From Candidatus Calditenuis fumarioli (GTDB taxonomy: Archaea; Thermoproteota; Nitrososphaeria_A; Caldarchaeales; Calditenuaceae), in assembly GCA_030059665.1 (NCBI GenBank), contig JANVYR010000001.1, forward strand, positions 768,001-832,000: DNA of 64,000 bases, written 5' to 3'. Under the pieces are notes generated by a model, which saw nothing but the letters and a program-made list of their open reading frames with translations, searched no databases and was not told where the DNA came from. Both the position numbers and the translations under genes were made by a program. Numbering within the stretch: the first letter of the stretch is position 1; each line of letters begins with the position of its first letter. Below, in pieces: positions 18,761-27,597 of this stretch.

Positions 18761-19644
18761 CAGCCCCCACCACTCATCTCCTTCACGATTCGATCGATCA
18801 GGCGGTCAACCGAGTCCAGAGGTCCCTCGACGTTCGACCTCCTGAGCCCTCTATCGCCGGTGCTCACCGCAACGATCCTGATGCGACCGTCAGCCACCAT
18901 TGCGTTGACTCCGACTGGGACCCTGCAGCCTCCGCCGAGCAGTCGGGCGACCCTCCGCTCGACCTCCACCTCGAGCCTAGCCTTTCTGTCCTCTATGGTG
19001 CCGAAGAGCTCGACCAACTCGGCGTTCTCGGCGAGGCACTCCACTGCTATCGCTCCCTGACCCGGTGCTGGAACGAGGCGATCCACATCGAAGACCTCCG
19101 ATGCCAGATGGTCGAGTCCCAGACGCTTGAGCGCAGCATACGAGATCACCGCGGCATCGCATGCGCTGTGCTCCAGAACCTTCCTGACCCTCGTGTCGAC
19201 GTTCCCCCTCAACTCGACTATCTCGACGTCTGGCCTCAGCTCCCTCAACTGCACCGCTCGCCTCTCGCTTGACGTCCCTACCTTTGCACCGCTCCTCAGC
19301 TCGTGAAGCGACCTCCTGTCCCTCGAGACTAGGGCGTCGCGCGGGTCGTCCCGCAGGGGCACCGACGCGAGGACCAGTCCATCGGGCCCCTCCAGCGGAA
19401 GGTCCTTCAGGCTGTGCACCGCGGCGTCTATCTCGCCGTCGAGGCACTTCTGCTGCAGCGTCCTGACGAAGGCCCCCTTCCCCCAGCTCCCAGGACGCGT
19501 CGGCTGGTCCTCATCCCCCTCCGCCACCACCTTCACGATCTCTACATCGACGTCGGGATGTCTGCCCTGTAGCAAACGGGCAACCGTCTCCGCCTGCATC
19601 ACGGCCAGCCTGCTCCTCCTCGTTCCCAGCCTTACGCTCCTCAC
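18760..19644 (-). CDS. hemC: Hydroxymethylbilane synthase
   Basis: GTRRSRLA, AVHSLKDLP, GTSSERR, LRGNVDTR, LGGGCRVPVG. Confidence 0.97.
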   Translation of the reverse strand: MRSVRLGTRRSRLAVMQAETVARLLQGRHPDVDVEIVKVVAEGDEDQPTRPGSWGKGAFVRTLQQKCLDGEIDAAVHSLKDLPLEGPDGLVLASVPLRDDPRDALVSRDRRSLHELRSGAKVGTSSERRAVQLRELRPDVEIVELRGNVDTRVRKVLEHSACDAAVISYAALKRLGLDHLASEVFDVDRLVPAPGQGAIAVECLAENAELVELFGTIEDRKARLEVEVERRVARLLGGGCRVPVGVNAMVADGRIRIVAVSTGDRGLRRSNVEGPLDSVDRLIDRIVKEMSGGG

Positions 19645-20849
19645 TGCCGGACACGCCCCGCTGCTAGGACCACCTCGAGGCCGTGGGGCGAGGCAGACGC
19701 ATCAGTCACGTCACCGTTCTCGGGAATCGCCCTGATGTTCTCGGTGAGGTCGTGCAGAAGCCTGTTGGCGAGCCGCTCCAGCGCCTTCCGGAGGACGCCT
19801 TCAGGGCCGAGCCCTCGGCCCAACATGGTCATCGCGGTTGCGAGCTCCTCCTCGATCGCGCTCGCCGCCTTGGACCTGATGAGGCGTACCGTCTCCTCGG
19901 CCGAGATCCTCTCGGAGAGCCACTCGAGCGACTCCTCCACGGCCCCCTTTATCACCGATCGGGCGACCAGCAGCTCGCGTTCCGATATCCTGAACCGCTT
20001 TTCCGCAATCTCGGCCACGTCGTCCACGTTCATGTAATTTCCGCAGGCGTCGCGTACCTGAGATGGGTCGAGGGAGCGCGGGAAGGAGAGGTCCACGACG
20101 ACTTCGGGACGCTTCCCCTCGATGACCCTCCTCAGCACGTCCCCGGCCACTGGTCCCTTAGTCGCCGAAACGACGGCATCGAAACCACCTTTCCCCAGAT
20201 CGTCCAGTCGGTCCCAATGTACGGTGAATATGTGACCTACATCCCAATCGAGCTCCCTTCTGCGGGTCAACGCGTAGAGCCTGATGTCCCTGCCGGAGGA
20301 CCGCAGTGACCTCGCGACGTCGATCGCCATGCTCCCTGAGCCCACCAACAGGACCCTTGAGCCGTCGCTCAGGAACTCCGAAACCAGCTCGCCGGTGAAC
20401 GTGCCGAGCGACCTGTAAGGGACATCCAGAACGTTCCTTATCCTTCTGCCGACGGAGGAGGCCAGCCTGAGGAGTTCCCGCAGGACCGACGAGTACTTGC
20501 CCTCCCCGTACACCTCCGCGTTCTCCACCTGGTCGGCGATCTGCGGTTCGAAGGGCACCGCTGACTCGAGCCCCGAGGCGACCGAAAGCAGATGCTCGAG
20601 CGCGGAACGGCCCAGGTGAACGTAGTGCCCCTCTGTCTCCTTGAACGGGGAGGCGCCGTATTCCCCCTCCGACGGCAGCAGCGCGACCATCTCGATCCTG
20701 TGGCAGGTCTTCACCAGTGCGATCGAACGGGCCCGTACGGTCCTGAACGCTTCCCCTCCCGCGACTGCCCTGCTCAACTCGGTGTACAACACCTCCCGGG
20801 TTTGGATGGAGGCCGTTTTGTAATTGACACCAATTATACCCAGCAGCAC
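19641..20849 (-). CDS. hemA: Glutamyl-tRNA reductase
   Basis: GVNYKTA, KTCHRIE, VASGLES...EPQI, LLVGSGSMA, VDLSFPR. GTG 20849 taken as the start (track start 20900). Confidence 0.9.
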   Translation of the reverse strand: MLLGIIGVNYKTASIQTREVLYTELSRAVAGGEAFRTVRARSIALVKTCHRIEMVALLPSEGEYGASPFKETEGHYVHLGRSALEHLLSVASGLESAVPFEPQIADQVENAEVYGEGKYSSVLRELLRLASSVGRRIRNVLDVPYRSLGTFTGELVSEFLSDGSRVLLVGSGSMAIDVARSLRSSGRDIRLYALTRRRELDWDVGHIFTVHWDRLDDLGKGGFDAVVSATKGPVAGDVLRRVIEGKRPEVVVDLSFPRSLDPSQVRDACGNYMNVDDVAEIAEKRFRISERELLVARSVIKGAVEESLEWLSERISAEETVRLIRSKAASAIEEELATAMTMLGRGLGPEGVLRKALERLANRLLHDLTENIRAIPENGDVTDASASPHGLEVVLAAGRVRQ

Positions 20850-20927
20850 CTTGTGATTTTCCTTGTGATTTTCACCAAATGTTGCGCGCATTTTTGTCAA
20901 AAAAATGAAACTGGTCCTTTATATAAA
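20849..20927. promoter_or_regulatory. hem operon leader: tandem 12-bp repeat CCTTGTGATTTT x2 (20849-20872) and palindromic TATA TTTATATAAA (20918-20927)
   Basis: Read directly from the sequence; function inferred. Confidence 0.5.
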
Positions 20928-21168
20928 ATTTCCTCGGCAACGCCTGGACTACCGTGAGCGCAGATGGAAACCCAAAGAGGTCGCGTCCCTGCTCGGAGCC
21001 ATGCGAAGTGACTAGGCGGAGATCGCACCGCCATTCGAGTGAGGGTTCGATGCTCGCGCTCTGAACGCCTGTTGGGAACGGGCCACGTCGAGAGTCCCCG
21101 GCATCCCATCGATGGGGTGCCATCTTTACCATAGCAAACCTTTTGGTCCGTGACGACGGACTCGAAAT

Positions 21169-22224
21169 GTGATGCCGCCACTCGTTGACCTCCACGAGGA
21201 CATATCGCTCTACTACGTGACGCAGGGAGCTGGGCTCAGGTTCGGCGTGGCGGACTTCGGGATCGATCTGGAGGGGAGGCACTGCGACATACCCAAGTAC
21301 GAGAGGAGCAACACGAGGCTCGTCTTCGCCGCGATAGCGCCGCTGACGCCGACCATCTCTCCAAAGCGCGTCGAGAGGCTCACGAGCTTGTATGGGGCGC
21401 CCTTCGGAGGTTACAGGGTCAGGGCACCCCTCTCGGCAGCGCTGGAGCACATCACCGTCTACAGGAACCTGTTCAGGATGCACGGCGACAGGCTCTTCCC
21501 CGTCAGGACCCTCTGGGACCTGGAGAGGGTAGAGCGCGGTCAGGGCATAGGCCTGTTGCTCGCACTGGAGGGCGCCGAGCCGCTGGAGGACGTGGAGGAC
21601 CTCGAGCTGCTCTACGACCTGGGCCTGAGGTCGCTGCAGCTGACGTGGAACTTCGACAACAGGTACGGTGCCTCGTGCATGTCGAGGAAGGACTACGGCC
21701 TCACGGGCGACGGTGAGGAGCTGATAGCGCTCTGCAACAGGCTCGGCGTGATCGTGGACCTAGCCCATGCCAGCAAGAGGACGACGCTCGAGGTGATCGA
21801 GGCATCGAGGCTGCCGGTCATCGTCAGCCACGCCAACTTCAGGACCGTCAGGGATCATCCTAGGAACGTCGACGACGAGCAGCTCGAGGCACTCAACAGG
21901 AACCGCGGCGTGGTGGGAGTAACGTTCATACCGCCCACGATATCGGATCACCCCTCGGTGGAGGCGCTGGCAGATCACATAGTGTATGCTTGCGAGCGAT
22001 TCGGGCCTCAGCTGGTGGCGATCGGGACGGATTACTTCGGGCTGCTCAACATGGTCGAGCCGAGGGGGCTCGAGGAGGTCTCGAGGATTGGGAACCTCTG
22101 GCGGGAGCTGGAACGGAGAGGCCTTGGGGAGCGGGAGATCCGGATGATCGCTTACGAGAACGCGATGCGGGTCATCAGGGAGAACGCCGCCAGGTGGAGG
22201 CTCAGCTCGCTCGCGTCGACCTGA
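21169..22224 (+). CDS. Membrane dipeptidase family (peptidase M19)
   Basis: DLHED, LEGAE, LTWNFDN, VDLAH, SHAN, RNVDDEQL, IGTDY. Confidence 0.92.
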   Translation: MMPPLVDLHEDISLYYVTQGAGLRFGVADFGIDLEGRHCDIPKYERSNTRLVFAAIAPLTPTISPKRVERLTSLYGAPFGGYRVRAPLSAALEHITVYRNLFRMHGDRLFPVRTLWDLERVERGQGIGLLLALEGAEPLEDVEDLELLYDLGLRSLQLTWNFDNRYGASCMSRKDYGLTGDGEELIALCNRLGVIVDLAHASKRTTLEVIEASRLPVIVSHANFRTVRDHPRNVDDEQLEALNRNRGVVGVTFIPPTISDHPSVEALADHIVYACERFGPQLVAIGTDYFGLLNMVEPRGLEEVSRIGNLWRELERRGLGEREIRMIAYENAMRVIRENAARWRLSSLAST

Positions 22225-22296
22225 GGGGCCCTCATTTCACGCGGAGGTATGAAGGAACGGGGTTAACGTTATTGACGGGAAGGGAGCTGCTGGTGA

Positions 22297-22371
22297 GGGG
22301 CCGTAGTCTAGCATGGAGTGGACGCCCGGCTTGGGCCCGGGAGGTCGTGGGTTCAAATCCCACCGGCCCCA
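22297..22371 (+). tRNA. tRNA-Pro(TGG), intronless, CCA not encoded
   Basis: Acceptor stem GGGGCCG/CGGCCCC, anticodon arm CCCGG-CT TGG GC-CCGGG, T arm GTGGG-TTCAAAT-CCCAC. Confidence 0.96.
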
Positions 22372-22397
22372 CACCCGGTTGGATGACGTAGACCCCC

Positions 22398-22817
22398 TCA
22401 CCGACCTGATCTCCTTCCGCCTTCGCGAACCTCAACTATCCTCATGAGCGGGTACCTCAACCCCTTGACGTAGCCGAGCCTCGCCCTCACCGCACAGCCG
22501 GCATACTCCACGACGACCTCAGCCGATATGTCGCGCTGACCGATCTCGCCGTAGGAGTAGGGGCCGCGGCCGCGCCTGACCGACCTGATCCTCACCCTCA
22601 CGCTCCTCCTGAACGGCTGCGCCAGCACCGACGAAGCCACCCCCCTTGCCAGCTCCTCCCTCCCTCTGCTGGTCCTCGGCATGGGAAGCCCCACCAGCGA
22701 GTGGTAGATCGTGGCCAGCGCAATTCCCGCCTCGAAAGCCGCCCTCTCCCTCGGCGTGACGCCCTTTGCGAAGTACCTCGCAGCCGGGTCTTTGAGGGTC
22801 CTCCCCACGACGCCCAC
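22398..22817 (-). CDS. mptD: Archaeal dihydroneopterin aldolase
   Basis: RERAAFEAGIALATIYH...G, QPF, YSYGEI, YVKGLRYPLM. Confidence 0.85.
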   Translation of the reverse strand: MGVVGRTLKDPAARYFAKGVTPRERAAFEAGIALATIYHSLVGLPMPRTSRGREELARGVASSVLAQPFRRSVRVRIRSVRRGRGPYSYGEIGQRDISAEVVVEYAGCAVRARLGYVKGLRYPLMRIVEVREGGRRSGR

Positions 22818-22853
22818 GGAACAGGGCCAGAAGACGTTGAGATTATAGTTGTC

Positions 22854-23336
22854 TCAGAGCTTCGCGAGGAACCTCTCCCACTCCTCCTCGTCGTCGATCT
22901 CGTCCTCGAGGAGCTCCTCGAAGAGCTCGTGAGTTACCACGTCGGTGTTCCTGTACTTCTCGACCATCTCGTTGTAGAACCTGATGGCGCACTGCTCAGC
23001 CCTCAGCACGTCCTCGATCACCTTCCTCAGGTCTGTCGGGTCCTCTGGCGGGGCTATGTAGCCGCACCTCGACGTAGTGAGGAGCTTGGAGAAGTCCATC
23101 ACAGGCCTCCCTCCCAGCTGGATGATCCTCTGAGCCAGCTTCTCCGCGTGCTTCAGCTCGTCCATCGACTGCTTGAGGAGGACGGGCCTGAGCGTGTCGG
23201 CGTCTATCCCCCTGATCCACTGGGCAGCGAGCCAGTACTGGTAGTGGGCGAGCCACTCGTCCGCATAGGCCTGGAGCAGGTCCTTCAGGACCTCGTTCAC
23301 GTCGACCTTCAGGATTTCCCTCGCTGTCCTGCCCAT
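22854..23336 (-). CDS. DPS-like / ferritin-like di-iron protein
   Basis: AYADEWLAHYQYW, DELKHA, AEQCAIRFY, DVVTHELFEELLEDE. Confidence 0.9.
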   Translation of the reverse strand: MGRTAREILKVDVNEVLKDLLQAYADEWLAHYQYWLAAQWIRGIDADTLRPVLLKQSMDELKHAEKLAQRIIQLGGRPVMDFSKLLTTSRCGYIAPPEDPTDLRKVIEDVLRAEQCAIRFYNEMVEKYRNTDVVTHELFEELLEDEIDDEEEWERFLAKL

Positions 23337-23470
23337 TGCGGTCAACAATTCGGCTTCCGGTATTTCTGTCTTGCCAGAGGGGTCTCCGACGGGGTTGTTC
23401 GGTGACGGACGAGGCCCAAAAAGCTGCGGGTCGAGGCGTTGTCAGGTCTAAGACGTAAGCGACGACGTAC

Positions 23471-25771
23471 TTGGAGGACTCGGGATTGCTGCCTCCGTAC
23501 GTCGACCATCTGAGGCGTCTCACCGGCGCCGGTTACAGGTGCGTCGTCTACGTCGCGAAGACTCAGAACTGGTCAGGGGTGCTCAGCGAGGTGGTCTCAA
23601 CGTATCTGTCCATCCGAGGAAAGGACCGCAGGTTCCTGCTCGCGGTCCGGGATCCGGGTGACGATTCGGCCCAGACCATCAGGGGCGTCCTCGAGTCGCA
23701 CGGCGTCCCCTATTCCGTCGTCAACTACGAGGATTGCGAGAAGGCGCTGGGGAGCACGTGGGATTCGCTCGTCATGGACATCTCATACCAGTTCAGGCCG
23801 AACGATCTCGGCATATTGGTCGAGGTCGTCAGGGGAGGCGGGGTCGTGATCGTTGTGGGGCCTCCCATCGAGGGCCTTGAATACTGGGTCACCGATTTCC
23901 ACAAAAAGAGCGTCGTCCCTCCCTTCGGGATCGGGGAGCTTCGGAGGCGTTTCGAGAAAAGGATGCTGGAGATGAGCATCGGTCGTCGCGGCTTGATCTA
24001 TCTGGCCGATCGGGTCGAGTTGCCACAGATCCCCGGAGACGTCGATCTGATGAAACCGGTTCCGAGGAGGCCCTATCCAGAGGTCACGGGTCAGAGGTTC
24101 CGAAAGGAGTTGTACGAGATGTGCGCCACCTGGGAGCAGGCCGAGCTGCTGAGGGCCTTCGAGGACCTCGTTGCGCGAAAGAGGTGGGCCTTCGTGCTGA
24201 AGGCTAACCGGGGGAGGGGGAAGTCGGCGGCCATCGGCATCCTCGCTGCGGCCTTGATGTCGGATCGGAGGTTGAGGAAGAGGTTCAGGAGGATCCTCGT
24301 GACCGCACCCCACCCCGACAACGCGAGGACGCTCTTCGAGTTCGCGGTCAAAGGGCTCGAGAGGCTCGGAATCAGGTTCTTCGTAACTGAGAGGAACGGG
24401 TCCATCGTCGAGGTCCGCTGCGGCCCCTCCTCCCTGTACTACGTCAGCCCTTACATCGCGGTCAACAGGCACGCGAACCTCGTGATCGTCGACGAGGCCG
24501 CATCCGTTCCCGTGCCCATACTGATCGGTCTGGCGAAGCGCGCACGTAGGGCGATCTACTCCTCGACCGTCCACGGATACGAGGGGGCTGGGAGGGGCTT
24601 CGTCGTGAGGTTCCTCTCGAGGCTGAGGCGCGAGTTCAGGGAGTCGCTGGTGGAGTTCGAGATGTCCGAGCCCATAAGGTACCCTCCGGGAGACCCCGTG
24701 GAGGAGTGGCTCTACGACGTCCTCCTGCTCAACGCGGAGCCACCGGAGATATCGGACGACCAGATCGGTCCGGAGAACTGCAGCTACGTCAAGCTCGAGA
24801 GGGACGTCCTTTTCTCGAGAGGGGGCGAGAGCGTCCTCCGGCAGCTGGTGGGCCTCCTGGTTCTCACCCACTACAGGAACAGACCCAACGACATAGCCCT
24901 TCTGGGAAACGCACCTCACCACTTCGTGAGGGCCCTGATGCTCCCCGATGGCAGGGTCGTCAACGCCATGCACCTGTGCTACGAGGGCTTCCTGGACGAC
25001 GAGCTGATCGCGGCCATCGAGACGATGGAGAAGGGTCACATGATACCTGCGGTCGTCACAAGGTACTATCCGCCCCTCCGCGGGTTCGGAAGGCTCAAGG
25101 GCATCAGGGTGGTAAGGATCGCCACGCATCCGGCATTGTGGGGCCGGGGCCTGGGGTCATATGCGGTCCAGAGGCTCGTCGAGGAGGCAAGGGAGATGGG
25201 GATGGACTGGGTGGGTTCGGGCTTCGGTGCCACCCCACAGCTCCTCAGGTTCTGGCTCAGGAACGGCTTCCTTCCCATAGCGATAGGGCCGTACAGGAAC
25301 AGGGTCTCGGGCGAGTTCAGCGTCCTGGTCGTTCGACCCTTGACCGAGGAGGCAACGACGTTCGTGACGGAGCTCAGCAGGGAGTTCAGGTTGAGGCTCG
25401 TGACCGGCCTCTCGGATCCGTACTTCGACCTGGACCTCGAGACCGCCTGGCTCCTCCTCAGGAACGGATTGGGCCGAAGGGAGAGGGCCGAGCTGAGGGG
25501 GTTCCAGAGGGAGAGGCTGGAGAACTACCTGCGCGGGTACCTCAACTACGAGGGCGCAGCGGACGGGGTAAGGGCCCTTGCGGAGGCCCACTTCCTCACG
25601 GCGAGCGACCAGAGGCTCGAGCTGAGCGAGCTGGAGGAGAAGCTGTTGCTGGCCAAGACCCTCCAGGGTAGGCGCTGGGACCAGGTCTCCGCACTGCTGA
25701 GGGTCAAGGCGCGCGAGCTGATGGAGCTGATGCGCGACGTGACCAGTAGGCTTTACGGGCACTACGCTTGA
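23471..25771 (+). CDS. tmcA: tRNA/rRNA cytidine acetyltransferase TmcA/Nat10
   Basis: ANRGRGKSA, IVDEAA, STVHGYEGAGRGF, EPIRY, HYRNRPND, RIATHP...GRGLGS. Confidence 0.95.
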   Translation: MEDSGLLPPYVDHLRRLTGAGYRCVVYVAKTQNWSGVLSEVVSTYLSIRGKDRRFLLAVRDPGDDSAQTIRGVLESHGVPYSVVNYEDCEKALGSTWDSLVMDISYQFRPNDLGILVEVVRGGGVVIVVGPPIEGLEYWVTDFHKKSVVPPFGIGELRRRFEKRMLEMSIGRRGLIYLADRVELPQIPGDVDLMKPVPRRPYPEVTGQRFRKELYEMCATWEQAELLRAFEDLVARKRWAFVLKANRGRGKSAAIGILAAALMSDRRLRKRFRRILVTAPHPDNARTLFEFAVKGLERLGIRFFVTERNGSIVEVRCGPSSLYYVSPYIAVNRHANLVIVDEAASVPVPILIGLAKRARRAIYSSTVHGYEGAGRGFVVRFLSRLRREFRESLVEFEMSEPIRYPPGDPVEEWLYDVLLLNAEPPEISDDQIGPENCSYVKLERDVLFSRGGESVLRQLVGLLVLTHYRNRPNDIALLGNAPHHFVRALMLPDGRVVNAMHLCYEGFLDDELIAAIETMEKGHMIPAVVTRYYPPLRGFGRLKGIRVVRIATHPALWGRGLGSYAVQRLVEEAREMGMDWVGSGFGATPQLLRFWLRNGFLPIAIGPYRNRVSGEFSVLVVRPLTEEATTFVTELSREFRLRLVTGLSDPYFDLDLETAWLLLRNGLGRRERAELRGFQRERLENYLRGYLNYEGAADGVRALAEAHFLTASDQRLELSELEEKLLLAKTLQGRRWDQVSALLRVKARELMELMRDVTSRLYGHYA

Positions 25772-25822
25772 CGATCGCGTGATCCGAAACGGCGTCGTGG
25801 ACCGGGCTAGGACTGAGACGTC

Positions 25823-26377
25823 CTAAAGCGGCTCGGGCACGAACTCGTCTATCCTCAGGGCTCTGATCCCCGACTGCCCGCTCCGCTCCTCCGGGCTTCG
25901 TTTCACGTCCCCGACCCTGTAAACGTAGAAGGTGTGATATCGGTAGCTCGTGTCGGACCAGATCCTCAGGACCTCCCTTGGCGTCCATCCCCTGATCTTG
26001 TAACCGTGGGTGATCACGACCGCGTCGCGTCCCGCGGTCAGAAGCGCCGGCTTCAGGACCTCCAAAGCTTCGGTGGTGAGGTACGCGTAGACGAAGTCCA
26101 CGCCGTTGAGGTCGACGTACCGGGCGTCCCCCTCCACGAAGGCGACGTTCCTCAGACCCATCGACCTGCTGATCCTCAAGGAGTGCTCGACGAGCCTACC
26201 GTTGACCTCGACGCCCACAGCTCTCGCGCCGAAGTGCCTGGCCGCAGCTATCGGCACTCTGCCGTCACCGCTCCCCAGATCGACGAGGACCCTGTCCCTC
26301 TCGAGGCCTGCCTCGCCGAGGGCCTTTACGACGACGTCCAGAGGGGACGGAACGAAGGGGTTCAGCCTCCGTCCCAT
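25823..26377 (-). CDS. Class I SAM methyltransferase, aKMT/FAM173-like protein lysine methyltransferase
   Basis: PFVPSP, VDLGSGDGR, GVE, YAYL. Confidence 0.8.
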   Translation of the reverse strand: MGRRLNPFVPSPLDVVVKALGEAGLERDRVLVDLGSGDGRVPIAAARHFGARAVGVEVNGRLVEHSLRISRSMGLRNVAFVEGDARYVDLNGVDFVYAYLTTEALEVLKPALLTAGRDAVVITHGYKIRGWTPREVLRIWSDTSYRYHTFYVYRVGDVKRSPEERSGQSGIRALRIDEFVPEPL

Positions 26378-26444
26378 TCCCGCAGGTCACCGTCGGCACC
26401 ACGGTAAAAAGCTCAGACGAGACGACCGGCAGAGAAGCGGTCCC

Positions 26445-27107
26445 TCAGGGGTTGCGCCTGAGCAGCGGTGTGATCGTGACGTACCTCCGGATGGAGGGCA
26501 GAGCCCTCAGGACCGCGCCGTAGACGGCCATAGCCGGGATGACGCTGACGAAGACGTGGATCGCGTTGAAGACGCCGTTGAGCGTGGTCATCAAGAGCGC
26601 CAACGTGAGCTCTCCCTGAACCGAGATACCGACGCGCTGAAGGGCCCTGCTCCCGAAGGGGAGGTAGACGTTGGGGAGGAGCACGTAGTACAGCAGGAAG
26701 GTGACGAGCGACATGACCAGCGTCCTCGAGGCGACCGCGCCGACCAGACCCCACCAGATCGATCCCCTGCTCAACCGGATCCCGAGGAAGAGGCCGAGGA
26801 GCGTCGAGAGGACCGCGATCAGCTTCATCGTCTCGCCCACCCCGGGCACCAGGGCACCTCCGTTCACGATCAGCCCGTACCAGTGAGCAAGGGATGTGAC
26901 CAGTCCCCCAATCGGCCCGAAGATCAGGAAGGAGAGGACGTCGAATATCTCGGCCGCGTCGAACCTGAGGAACGGCAGCAACGGGAACGGTGTGCTAAGC
27001 CTCGCTATCCCCGCAGCTATCGCAGCACCTCCCAGCGAAGCAACACCGGCTGTCCAGAGCGACCTTGGCATGCGGTCGCTTCCGGCCATCTCACGCCAAC
27101 TTTCCAA
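26445..27107 (-). CDS. ECF transporter S component (paralog 1)
   Basis: PFLRFDAAEIFDVLSFLIFGP, 6 TM, FNAIH. Confidence 0.8.
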   Translation of the reverse strand: MESWREMAGSDRMPRSLWTAGVASLGGAAIAAGIARLSTPFPLLPFLRFDAAEIFDVLSFLIFGPIGGLVTSLAHWYGLIVNGGALVPGVGETMKLIAVLSTLLGLFLGIRLSRGSIWWGLVGAVASRTLVMSLVTFLLYYVLLPNVYLPFGSRALQRVGISVQGELTLALLMTTLNGVFNAIHVFVSVIPAMAVYGAVLRALPSIRRYVTITPLLRRNP

Positions 27108-27183
27108 ATGACGTATTTAGGACTTGTCAATGACTTGGCTGAATTGTGGTTTGAAAATCACATTTCTGCTAAGTTGTGGACGC

Positions 27184-27474
27184 TCATTTCGTGAATTGTG
27201 TTGCTATTTTCAGCAAGTCATCTAACTCCTTCTGGTGCCTGAGGGCGACGACGCGGGACCTTCCGACCTCGTGGACCGTGACTATCCCCGCCTTCCGGAG
27301 CGTGGCCACGTGACGGTAGATCGCGCTGTAGCGGACCTTGAGCGCCCTGGACAGGGCCTTGATGTGAAGTGGTCTGTCCGTCTCGGCGATGAGCTTGATG
27401 ATCCGGAGCCTGGTCCTGTTTCCGAGCGCTCCTAGGACGTCCGCCACCCTGTCGATCAGCTCGTTCTCCAGCAC
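27184..27474 (-). CDS. ArsR/SmtB-family wHTH regulator
   Basis: ALGNRTRLRII...SAIYRHVATLRKAGIV. Confidence 0.88.
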   Translation of the reverse strand: MLENELIDRVADVLGALGNRTRLRIIKLIAETDRPLHIKALSRALKVRYSAIYRHVATLRKAGIVTVHEVGRSRVVALRHQKELDDLLKIATQFTK

Positions 27475-27541
27475 ACCTTAACACTTCGAAGGCATCTATT
27501 AATCCAATTCCGAGCAAACTTCCGGTCGACGGCGGCTGAAT

Positions 27542-27557
27542 TACTCAGATCTGAGTA
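27542..27557. promoter_or_regulatory. Perfect 16-bp palindrome TACTCAGATCTGAGTA, candidate operator
   Basis: Self-complementary; lies between divergent TATA-like boxes (TATTAA ~27497, TTTAAA ~27573). Confidence 0.6.
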
Positions 27558-27597
27558 GGTACGCAGAGTTGTTTAAAACCCCAGAGGGCCGGGGGGT

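Noticed and set aside
22297-22400. tRNA-Pro as a possible integration site
   Set aside because: No duplicated tRNA 3' end and no integrase seen in the window
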